This document shows positions 1 to 11,201 of a stretch of 64,000 nucleotides of DNA, one piece after another (the stretch's first letter is position 1; every line of letters starts with the position of its first letter). Both the position numbers and the translations under genes were made by a program. The notes under the pieces are model-generated. The model was not told the DNA's origin and searched no databases. It saw only the letters and a list, made by a program, of their open reading frames with translations. Source of the DNA: Moniliella sp. 'wahieum' (lineage: Eukaryota). The DNA lies in NCBI GenBank assembly GCA_003971905.1, contig RSEE01000041.1, positions 248,001 through 312,000 of the forward strand. Direction: 5' to 3'.

Positions 1-2
1 AG

Positions 3-101
3 GTGACCAAGGGCAACCTCAAGCTCGACAATGGGGAGCAGATTCCGATCGACAATGTCCGTATTGTGGCCTGTAAATTCCCAGAAAACTCGGGCCGTTA
101 A
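3..101 (+). CDS. Possible 3' end of an unidentified gene entering from the left edge
   Basis: Open frame VTKGNLKLDNGEQIPIDNVRIVACKFPENSGR* with coding-like codon usage, ending at TAA 99-101; too short to identify. Confidence 0.35.
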   Translation: MTKGNLKLDNGEQIPIDNVRIVACKFPENSGR

Positions 102-2450
102 TGTTGGGAGTTTGTTCGGCATCTAGTCCAGCTCCTCCTCCGCCTCGTCCTCGTCTCTCCGACTTCTTCACGCACCCCTGTCATGGACATGTGTACTTTT
201 AGCGAAATTCGCATCCCTAGGTCTAATCCCACATACTTTGGACCCCTCCTTGCTGCTCAAGTGGGTCCACTCAGCTGCTCCACCAATTCGGATGTCTGTC
301 TCTTCGCCGGCGACGCTGGATTCTGAATGGGGTTCTTCGAAGGTCACTGTGCGTTAAGGTCATGAGGGGTTTCAAGCTTCAAGCTGTACTGAAGCAGCAT
401 GCAGCGTGGACCTGGACCAATGTGAGTAGAGCATGACGTGCACGACGAGAGTGACGTGTTCAGCCCCAGCGCTCATCGAGCGCATCTCTAGCCGGGGGGG
501 TCGATGAGATCGATCGTAGCCGGCGGTTTGGACGTGAGCCGGATGAATGCCGGAGTGGTAGGTGGTAGTGTATGGGATAGGGGAGACCCATAAACGCAAA
601 GAACGACGTACACCAGCCTAGTGGACCCAGTTATGGATCTTAAAGCTTAACCCATAGCGGTGGCCATGAGGCATCGATGATGGAAGCTGGATGGTGGTGG
701 CTATTGGCAAAGGCTGTGGCATGTGAACGAGAGTTGATTAATGATTCTGAATGTAGGGTATAGATGTAGGTACTCAAGTTACATATACACAGCGTCTCCT
801 ATGCCAGCCGGGCTCACCGTTTGCTGACACAGCTGGGGGCCGTTGTGGGCATCGTTTTTGTGCGTGAAAAGTATGCGCTCCATTTCTTAGATCTGAGAGA
901 TCTGATGAGATCTGAGATCTCCCGTGGGCCATGGTATGCGGTACGGCCTTTACCATTGTTGGGTATTGGTTGAGTCTAGTTATACTGGTTCCAGTTGCTA
1001 GGTGCTGTGGCTACCTGAAGGCCTGATATAGGATAGGCCTCATTACATTGACATATTATTGCACAGGTTGTACTGTTTTATGTCACATGTCAAGCTAGCG
1101 CATCCTCATGATGATGCATGATGGGTGTCACATGTCATCGCGTCATCAGTGTTTACGTTTACACAGTATCCGCCCTAGTATAGGCCTTGGCCTTACATAC
1201 AATCATAGCCAAACGTATCCGAACACCGCCGGTGTCCCTTTCAGGGCGATTGTGGCATGTGAGCGCCAGGCAGCTAAAGTGTATAAGGTGAACGCACCTT
1301 GAAAATTGACGCTACAGCGAAGCTCGACAACAGGGTGCTCACCAGTCGGTGACTGCCTTCGCCGTAGGTGCTGTTGAACGTACGTTGAACGTTGAACGTT
1401 GACTGAGCGAAATCTTCGTACTCACAGTGTACATCAATACTGCTTAGGCTGATATGCTGATGAGCTTTTAACCAGGGCCTCGGGGCTCATCGATCATCGT
1501 TTTCGCCAGCCACACAGCGCGTCACCGGCCTCAACGCACAGCAGTTTGGGTTTGAGAGTGGCACCACGATGAAGCTTGAAGCTTGACATAATGTTGACAC
1601 CTTGGACTTCCGCCGGCATCTGCACCACTTTTGTCAATACCGTGTTTCGCATCTCTCGCTCTGTCTAGTTACTTTGTTTGCCCCCTTTTCTAATGATCAC
1701 CTCTCTTCAACCTTCCAGCTTGATTAGCGTCATTCCGTACTGATGATCGAGAGACTTGTTTAGTCCTGGCGGTCCCCTCTTCGAGAGAGTGATGTCATCA
1801 CACTGGTGGTGGTGGTCGAAGCCATCCTACAGAGGAGCGTAAAGCTGACCACCGCCAGGGGCTATTAGGCTGCGGAACAAGGAAAACAGAAACGAGAAAA
1901 CAGAACTCCTATAGTAGGCCTGAGGCCTCTGAGGCTGAGGAGAGGGACTGAAGAAGGGACGTTGGCCACGAGCCACCCGCGATGGCTCAATACGCACGAC
2001 CCATCTTACCATTTCCCCTCCCTCTCTGATCAGGCTCGATCCGATCTTGTATCTCATTTGGTTCGCGTTATAGTTTGCTATTGCCTTACCTTATGCCTTC
2101 ACATATGGGGTCTGTCTATACGGGAAGCTGCACACACAGAGAGACAGATGTTTGAAAAACTTGGAAAGAGAAGGAATGAAAACATGGGGAGCTGCGGGCG
2201 GGACAAGAATCGGAATAGAACGGCGCATGAGATACACCGTGAAGTACATGTGTGCGAGATTGTCAAAAGAGACAGGTAGTGGTACAAGACGAATCAGATG
2301 GGAACTGGGACTCAACCAACCCCTACCGCTTGGGCAACGACAAGTACGTGGTAGGGGGGGGAGGTTCTGTTTGGCTTCGGAGAACAAAAAGGGCAGGATG
2401 GAGCCGGGAAGGTGGTTGGACGGAAGTTCGGATGCACCCACAGGGTCGCA

Positions 2451-3915
2451 TCAAAAAAAGTATACACGTATACGATGGAGCTGGAGTAGCAGCTGTGTTC
2501 TTGAGAGAAAAAGTTGGGTAGACGGAGGCATTTGGAGCCACGGCTTGAACGGTGTGCAAAGTAGTCCAACAATAGAGGAAGCAAAGCCAACTTTGGATTC
2601 CAACGGATTAGGTCCTGCTGTTCTTCTTACGACGGGCAGGGCGCGTGTGTCCACAATCAAATCAATCCACTCGGCCGGGCAGTCCTTCTGCCGGATATGC
2701 AGTTTGGCAAAGTGCCGACGAGCATCGTATTTGCGCGCAAAGGCCTTGTTGCACGACGAAACGGGGCAAACAAAGGGACGGGGTTGCCTAGGATCATGAA
2801 CGAGGGCATGCGCGGCAAGGTTGTAGAAACGATTGAAACGACGGCCACACTCAGGGCAAATGAAGGTACCAAGTGCGGACCGACCCGTGGCCGGCGGGAC
2901 CAGGGCCGCCGGAGAGGGGGTGTGATGATCATGCACGCCGGATGGAAGATCAGACGTTGGAAATGCAATGTCGGACTGAGTGCGCCTGTGAAACGTGTGG
3001 ATCCGAGCAGAAGGATCAACAGGTGAACACGATCGGAACTGACGAGCCGAACCGCCCCGGCACAGGTCGAGAGACAAAATGGCAGGCACACTCGGCGTGC
3101 CACATCCCATTGCCGCATCGGGCTGAACCGTGTCACAATGGGAATGTCCAGGGCTCAGTTGCTGTGAGGCGCCGTCGGGCTACTTCCGATGCTGGTGGGA
3201 AAATGGATTGAAGAAGGAGCATTGGCCAGCGGTGCTGAGCCTACATCCAAGTCCAAAATCGAAGGGGCTGAAACAGCACAAGGGCCAGCTCGGAAGGGAG
3301 GCGGGGCGGTGGTAGGTCCAGGAGACGTTGTGTTGGGAGCCAGTGTGTCCAAAGGCCAAACAGATGGTACGCCTTCGAGCGGAGATTCACCTTTGGAGCA
3401 GAGCTTATTCATGGTATAGTGTCAGTGCAACACGAACGAGAGTGACGATAGCAGAAAAAAATGCTTACTGCTGCAGCAGGAGGTCCTTCGATTTCACACT
3501 CAGTCCGATCCAGCGTACCGAGTGAAGGGTGATGGGCTGGGAAGAGGGGAACGGAGGCAAGTTCGACAGGTCATTCAACCACCCAGAAAGAATTGAGCTT
3601 CCCGGATCGGATGGGGTAAATCCCGAGTACTGCCCGCTTCCCGAATCGCTCTCAGGAAAACTGGCTTCAGAACTTGAGTTGAAGAAAGGGGGGGAAGCAA
3701 GCAAATCAGGCACGTCCATCAGGCCTCCAGTTGCATCCTCGTTTGCCAGAGAGGGAGTCGTCGCATCCGCGAGAACTGGCTCGTTCGGGGCCGTCTTGAT
3801 ATGGCCTGGGTGCAGGTCATGTTAGGGAGACACAGGAAGCTGGCAGGTTGAGGCCCAAGGCGGGGAAGAACAAGTAGGCAGACAGATCCGAGAAGGGCAA
3901 CGCAGCAGTTGCCAT
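2451..3915 (-). CDS. Two-finger C2H2 zinc-finger transcription factor (Crz1-like finger residues); frameshifted in assembly
   Basis: FICPECGRRFNRFYNLAAHALVH and FVCPVSSCNKAFARKYDARRHFAKLH in ORF 2451-3110; S/P-rich N-terminal fragments; GT-AG intron at about 3403-3468 with CTGAC branch point; likely ATG at 3915 (MATAALPFSDL). The 3' end is uncertain. Confidence 0.85.
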
Positions 3916-4102
3916 GTTGTCGTGAGGGGGAGGCTGGTAGTGGTGATTGCTGCAGTGTTGTCGCGGCCGTTGCCTAGGAATGTAGGCATGGCTTTGAACA
4001 TGAGGCCACCCAGAGCTGACTGGGGACGAGGAGATGGTGGTCAAGCAAAAGAAGGATGCGTGGAAGTTGCGGGACGATGGAAGGGGGACGACCGAGCCGA
4101 AG

Positions 4103-4111
4103 TTTTATATA
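4103..4111 (-). promoter_or_regulatory. TATA box of the C2H2 gene
   Basis: TATATAAAA on the minus strand about 190 bp upstream of ATG 3915. Confidence 0.55.
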
Positions 4112-5203
4112 TGAAAAGCGAGACGGAGGGGGTGCCGTTGGGTGTGTGGCCAGCAAAAGGCTGCACTGGCGCCCTTGCTGTTTGAGTAGCGCTGGCTGTG
4201 TTGGCGTTGAGGTTGGAACGTTGACCGCTGGGCGCTACACACGTCAAACCCAAAGCCCTGCACGCCTTTCTCTCTCTTCGGCTGGGCGCGAGGCGGGTGT
4301 GCAAGCTGGGGTGGTGCACACATCAGTCGAGAGCATAGCATCGTCCATCATGCATCATGCATCATACATCATGCATCACCCGTCTCCGCTCAGCGCTCAC
4401 GCTGACGCTCGTCCATGCATGACACCCGACATGTGGCATGTAGCGCGGTGTGTGGCCAGAAATCGGTGATTGGTGATCGAGATGATCGGTGGCATGAGAC
4501 GCGTGACTCGGGATGCATGATGTCAGCCGGTAACCGGTAATTCAGACCCCCCTCCGTCTGAGACTCAGATCCGAGCCTCAGACCAGTGGTACTGAATATT
4601 GGATGTGGCATTCGCAGGCGCCTGGCTGAGCCACTGAGCCTCAGGGCCTCAGACCCTGAGAGGTCAGCCGGTCAGCTGGTCCCCGGTCACCGTTCAGCCC
4701 TGAGGCTGAGCGCTGGCGCTGGGGCTGAAATCGGAGATCTCAGATCTCATGTGAGTCTCAGATCTGACAAAGTGAGTTACCGGTTCCAGACAACCAGTGG
4801 GGCATGGCCGGCACATGCTGCACAGGCTGCACTCTGCCGACTTGCGGCCTCCGACCTCCGGGGCCGGATATGGACCCTCCGCAACCGCGTAAACGCGTAA
4901 CCCCAGTGTATCTTGATTTTTCGACGTGGCGTTGCTGAACCCAGCACTGCATCTCATATACCCTCCTCTCAGATCTCATCTCGGTCTCATCAGACGTGTA
5001 GTGTAGGCAGAGGTTACATGGTACTGACCCCCATGCTGTTGCTAGTAAGAAGCAATTGACTTTCGTCAGAAAAGGGTGTCGGTCGCCTGTTGGGACCCGT
5101 GGTCCCCGTACTTAGGCCAAGGTGCCTCATCACCCTTCACCCCTGATTTGTCCTCCCAAGCCTCACGTGTATACTCAGGCTTGTTTGAACCCCTGTCTCT
5201 AGG

Positions 5204-5845
5204 GTGGCACAAGGCTTAGACCTAAACCACCATCGCGATTGCATGGCTCTACATCTCCAGAGGTTCTTCCACCCAATCCCTTGGGTTCCTCCGGTCTTAC
5301 AGAGTTACAATCCTCTGACGCTCATCCCTGAGCCTTCCATTCACCCCACTCTTCACCCACACCTACCTCCCCCTGGCAGGCTCTCAGGCTCAGGAGTCTT
5401 GGTTCAACTCCTCAACCCATACTCGCCAACTGCCGCCGCAGAAGAGAGCAACACTCCCGTCGGAGTTGACCACGTCTCCCCGCCGATGACGCCATCACGT
5501 GAGTCTACTCCTACACCTCAGCCCACCCCCGTGGGCCCCGACAACACCGCGAACGAGGTCGCCACCCTCGCCGACCGCATTCGCGACATGTTCAAATTGT
5601 TTCCCGAACACGTCACCCTCAAACAGCTACAAGATACTGGTAGCAACCTTGGGTACAGCGACGAGACGACCACAGAAGTCATTGTCATGTTATCATGTGA
5701 GAATCCACCCAAGACTAGTAAGAACGAAGGTGTGCCATATCGTCAACTCCGGCCATCGACGACAACCCGGGCCTTGACTCCCGACAAGGCCATCGAGTCG
5801 CTACACAGTTCCGTGTTACGCTTTAATGGTCGAGCGAGTGGTTGA
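5204..5845 (+). CDS. Orphan ORF or gene relic (P/T-rich, then a helical-looking segment)
   Basis: 213-codon frame in a gene-poor region; segment NEVATLADRIRDMFKLFPEHVTLKQLQ looks protein-like; no recognised domain and no clear ATG start. Confidence 0.25.
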   Translation: MAQGLDLNHHRDCMALHLQRFFHPIPWVPPVLQSYNPLTLIPEPSIHPTLHPHLPPPGRLSGSGVLVQLLNPYSPTAAAEESNTPVGVDHVSPPMTPSRESTPTPQPTPVGPDNTANEVATLADRIRDMFKLFPEHVTLKQLQDTGSNLGYSDETTTEVIVMLSCENPPKTSKNEGVPYRQLRPSTTTRALTPDKAIESLHSSVLRFNGRASG

Positions 5846-8641
5846 ATGTTGAATGGTCAGTTGGCCATGTAGCGTCTACACTTACGCTTCTTGAGGCTGT
5901 CCGCGATGCTATGATTCTAACACGAGAGGTATAGGACGTGGAAAGGGCACCGTCGAGAAGAAAGAAGCAGATATAAATTGAGTGACGTCGTTGACGTGTG
6001 ACCCATCGATCATCGGTCACCATGCATCATAACCGGTGACGTGTAACAAGGTGACGCTTACGACATGTGTGACGTATCGGTGACAAAACAATATATGAGT
6101 CTCCGATATAATGAGTTTTGTTTTTTTCTGTCGGCCGCACCCTGCCAACCCCCACCAACGGCAGCGAAACACACGCCCCCGCCATGAGTATACTGAGTGC
6201 ACACTCCAAACCGATTATTACTCGTTACTGGACTCCTCAGGACTGAGCCTCAGTACTCAGTCTGAGTACTAAATATACAGCCGATATACGATCCGATTAT
6301 TATACAGGCCTAAGGGCGATGCTGTGGTCTGGGTGTCCATAGGGAGCGTGTTGGAGGATATGGAGGCGAGATGGGGAGACACGTGGGGGTGAGGCATGAT
6401 GCATGATGCATGATGGTGAACGTATCCGAAACTCCACCGAGAGTTAAATGATTACAGTGATCCGCGATCATGCACATGGCATATGTCAAAAGGATATGTG
6501 ATAACAAGATGACATGCGATGACAGGTCGATCCTGGAAAGGTCTTAATGGAAAACGGTACCAAAGAGCGAATACGGGCAGGAGAGTGCGGTGCATACATA
6601 TATGACGAAAAAAGCAATGCAGTGCCGTCGACAAGATGGCTAGAACGTAGTGTCTAAAAAGCCCCAAATGGCCATTTCTCATCATCAGCACTCAGTTGTG
6701 TTGTTCGAATCGTATGAGTAACCCTAATAACTTCCCGCCGGGGTAGAGCAGGGAAGCGTCAGCTGCGGCAACTGGCAGACCGTTGCCCTCTGCTGACTTC
6801 TTCCCAAGCGGCGGCGGCAAAACAGGCAAAGCACAACGGCAGATCTGCCACATCCGATTCAATCAGGTGTTCAAGCTTCAAGCCTTATACGCGTTACCGG
6901 TTATCTGTCCCGTGTCCCGGCATCGACATCGGGCACCGCACCCGCTGGCAGCTTCCTAGTTAGGCAAGTATCGCATCAGAACTCAGATCTTAGAGTCTCA
7001 GATCTCGGACCCATCGCGCCGCACGCTATGTGTGTGGGCGTATAGCATGCGCCATGGCGCGGATGTTTGAGATTCAAACGCAACTGACGGCATAGCTCGG
7101 CAGATCAGAAGGCCAGAGGGGCCTAGAGGGCACGTGATGCATGCGGGACGTATGATGCAAACCCTATCGGAAGGGGTGCAGGCTCGTGGGGGGCCAGCCC
7201 CAGCGCGATGGCCATACAGCGATGCTCGATAAGCTCAATCCTCGATACTGGGATCTTCGGAGCCTTCCAGGCCTGAGGCCTTGAGGCCTCAGCAGACTCG
7301 AAGAGACCAGCGGGCGAGGCTGCGCAATTGTGCGCTGAGCCACAGACTGTGAGTATAGTCCAATAGTGAGCGCCAGCTCAGCGCCATGCTCACCGGTCAC
7401 GGTCACCGGCCTCATCCGCATCCGTCATCTAGTCACTAGTCACGCGTCGGGTCACATGTCGCAAGTCACCGAATACTGAGACATGCTTACCCTCAGTACG
7501 ATCGGTACGTACCAGTGTACCTTGACCTCGTAATGCCAGTTGAGAATGTTAAGATCGAGCAATAGCATAAGATCCATTGAGTTTTGAAGAGTTGCGGAGA
7601 CGACAACAGTTGAAGTGGTCCAGAGCCCATCATCCCTCAGTAGCACGTGGTCCGACGCACGCAGTGTATGAGGCCGTGCGTCCCTGCGGACCTTTTGCGG
7701 GCTTGCACTTAACCGGACTCTTCATCACGACCCATAGGTCTCTATAGCTCTCTTTAGTGCTCTGAAATGCCATGACCACATTACCTATATCGCCATCATT
7801 GCTATATCGGTGCGTGTCACTGATAATCACTGCTCCTTGGACGCCTCTGCTTGCTGTTGGTGCTTGCCCAACCATAATAAACTATTGACACTTCTGAGAT
7901 GTGCCTTGAGTACCGTTCATCAGCTTTTGCCAAGCCACACAGCCACTCCAAAAGCTTCATCGATCATCGATCATCGATCATCCTTCATCAGTACCAGTTT
8001 TCCCCGCATGCATCATTAGATCACGTCCATTTCATTGACAGAGCTTTAGGCGGGACAGGGGGAACGCTACGTCTAAACCTAAGTATAAGTATACTGTGAG
8101 ATCTAGCGCACGATGATTCGGATGCTGTGGTTCTGTTACGCAATAGGGTCGAGACGGCAGCAAGTGCCGTGTGGTGTTATTTCCGCCTTCCTACTCGACT
8201 CCGAAAGCCAAATCCATCCATGCGCTCTTGCCTCCGTCTGGGTTCACGTGCTGGTAGGAGAGCTGCTCACGCACTTTTTGATGGTATGGTTTCGTGTGTC
8301 ATGTTCGCATATGTGAACACCCAATCATCCGTCATCCTGACGTGGCATCTGCATGTAATCGATAATCGACAATCTTCATAAAATCCCCACAGTACCTCAG
8401 CCGCTCAACGCTTACGCTCACACTGCTCTCAGCGCAATGTGTACGATCGATGATTTCACGTACAGAAACAAACGCCCTCAGTAGGGTCAAAGGAGGGTCT
8501 ACTTCTGCGGCTTTCAAGTTCCATTAGGGTCTAAACGCTTTCAGAAGAGTCAAAACAGGCAGAGTATATCGATCTTCCCAACATATACCAAACAAAGCGA
8601 TCATGTGCTGCCATCCCACCTCGAGCTGAAGTGCTGCACAC

Positions 8642-10416
8642 TTACACAGATCTGGTAATAGGTTTAGCTGGTCGAAACAAACTGAGAGTATCTTGTCTGA
8701 GAGGGTTGGCCTCAATGTCCATCGCAATGGACGGCTGGTGCAGCGAAGACGCAGAGGGCGGGCCCGGAAGTTGCGAGGATGGGCGCAAATCGGCGGAGGG
8801 TCCTGCTGGGGAGGTGGTCCAGATCAGAGAACCGTAGGAGAGAGGAATACGTGGCTGAGTCCAGGCTTGGTCGGGAAGCAGAACGATCGCGTGTGCAGAC
8901 CTGAAGCGAGGACGACTTGATGAGATGAGCACGTAGAGTAAATAGATGATACAACCCACCGCCAGGCCTGCTACGATGACGGGCACGGCAATCACAGAGC
9001 AAATCAGGAGCCCGGGCAGGAGTATAATCACCAAAAACAGGATGTTTGCCAGAGTGACGATCAGTTTGCGCAGTAGAAGCAAGAGAAAGACAGCCACGAC
9101 TGAAACAAGGGCAAGATCAGTCAGACTGAAGTCAATGACGATATGAGGCATTGGCATCGGATTGCTGTCTGGATCCGTGGTGCGACAGACGTGAAGCGCG
9201 ATGGATGAATCTCAATCCGGTACGACCCATCAGGAAGAACGGTGAAAGTGTACCGTGGCCAGAAGAGTGGGCCCACCCATGAGCCCCCGTGGATGCCAAA
9301 CAATCTGAAAATCGCCCCAGATGGACGCCAAAGCCATTCGATTATAGTCGACTTGGGTGTTCCTACCCACCTACCGAAAATCTTGATTTGACACGCCGCA
9401 TCCAAAGTCATGTGCTTGCCATGGCACGTCTCCATCACCAGCCCGCCCCTTTGGTCTAGAGAGCGGAGACCAAGCACATCTTGAGCGTACATCGCGGTTT
9501 CACGTAGGGGGATAAGGGGTGAGTCATCGTCTATTGGGTTCTCCTCCGTAGCTACACGGTAAGATGCGAACCACCCCGATTCCTTTGGCCGTACCACTTC
9601 GTCCTGGGAAAACACAACCATCACAAAATTGTGAAGGCTGGCGAGGCGACTCTTGTACAGTTCATTGGGGACCACCTCGTTGTTGATGTCGAGAAGGAAT
9701 CGGTTATGGCGAAGGTACGCATTGTAGTCTTCACATTTGCGTGTGTTACGGAAGTATTGAGCGGGTATGATGTGGGTTTGAGCATACTCTGTGTTGACCC
9801 CCCCACGAAGGGCGCCCATGGCGGCACGGCAAAGGAGGTCGTGTGGGGCGCAGGGGGTAGTTCTACAATGCCCATATGTTGACTGCCAATTGTGATCAAG
9901 TTGCGCACTGGTGGCGCATTGCACACCGCTCCACATACGCCCGCAGGAATTGGCCACCTTGGGAAAACCCAATGGCATCAAAGCCATTGGCCAGCTCGGG
10001 GATCTGGGCAAGTTGCTCGCATACCTGTTCCACTTGATCATTGACCACACCAAACAGAGACGCTCGCTGGTCCGCTGCGTGGGAGGAGGAAGCAAGAACG
10101 ATGCTGTGGACAAAGATGCCAGGGTAGACATCGCGCAGCGCATCGGCAATGTCGGTCATCCCCTGCGATTCACCCCAGTCACCAAGACCGTGCCATAAGA
10201 CGACAGGGTGAGGGCGACCGCTTAGCATGAGTGACCATGTAGAGGGAGAGGGGGATGTCGGGACGGTGGCTGCCGAGACGGAAGAGCTGTTGGCGGGTGG
10301 GTGGGGGACGAGGCCCGAGGGGAATAGTCAGGGCAGTGTCGGATCGAGAAGGCGCGCACTATAGGGAGGGGCAACGCCAACAGGGCAGCGAGAGATGGGA
10401 GCCATGTGAGCTTCAT
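8642..10416 (-). CDS. PPT1: Palmitoyl-protein thioesterase 1 (alpha/beta hydrolase, signal peptide), probably extended by a C-terminal transmembrane region
   Basis: Signal peptide MKLTWLPSLAALLALPL (ATG 10416); PVVLWHGLGD; nucleophile elbow DAIGFSQGGQFLRAYVERC; IIPAQYFR; QDEVVRPKESGWF; GKHM. Hydrophobic ORF 8642-9157 overlaps its 3' end in another frame. The PPT1 domain call is secure; the fusion is inferred. Confidence 0.85.
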
Positions 10417-10560
10417 GGTGGCGGTGTGGAGGGATGGGCAAGATGAGACAAATACACAGAGGCTGGGACTTGTAGGCCCAGTTAGATGGGGCGTTGGGTG
10501 TTGGGGCTGGACCGAGCGCAGCGCCCCCGCAATTGGCGGTCGCTTGTGGCGACCAAGGCG

Positions 10561-10590
10561 GCGTAGTGCGGCGTAGTGCGGCGTAGTGCG
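10561..10590. repeat. Tandem decamer (GCGTAGTGCG)x3 upstream of PPT1
   Basis: Three exact copies read directly, followed by a degenerate partial copy. Confidence 0.9.
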
Positions 10591-11201
10591 GCAGTGCGGC
10601 ACCTGAGTGCAATCCTCGATTGGCATCAAGTATCAAGTATCAAGCATCTGCATCATACATCAAGCTTCAAGAGCTTCAAGTGTCCCCACTGTGGCTGCGC
10701 AGTTTCGGCGTTGGGATTTCACGGCATGCTCCACCGTGCAACCCACTCCCAGCACGCCCTCCAGAAGGTCCAGTAGCATTCGCGACTAAGTATTTTCCGA
10801 GCGGGGGATGCACAACATTTTGACATCTTCACCTCGCCCATTGAAGACGAAACGTTGTGCGAGGAACAAGCCAGGGGCGTAACTGACGGGACCACCGCCT
10901 CCGTCACGATGGATGCAAACTGCTTCTGAATAGCAGGAGCGCAATGTCAGTACAATAGTTACGCCGACATCAAGATCTAGGATCTGATGACATACACGGA
11001 ACAGCATCCGTCTAATAGCTTCCCTCTCCGTACAAACCATTCCCACTATCTCTGGTGACCAGACTGATCGTTATCACTGGCAAATTGATTTAGCGGCTGG
11101 TGAAGCTTGAAGGGGCCACATGGAGCACAAGCTGAACTGCGATATAGACAAATCTATATCTTAGGACGTGCAATCAGGAAAAGATAGATTTTGGCAAAAA
11201 C

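Noticed and set aside
8642..9157. Pdf1-type dolichyl-pyrophosphate phosphatase domain fused to PPT1
   Set aside because: PAP2 motifs (KxxxxxxRP, PSxH, SRxxxxxH) are not convincingly present; reported only as a TM extension.
10561..10680. CRISPR-like or spacer-containing array
   Set aside because: Only short head-to-tail repeats without unique spacers; eukaryotic context; no cas genes.
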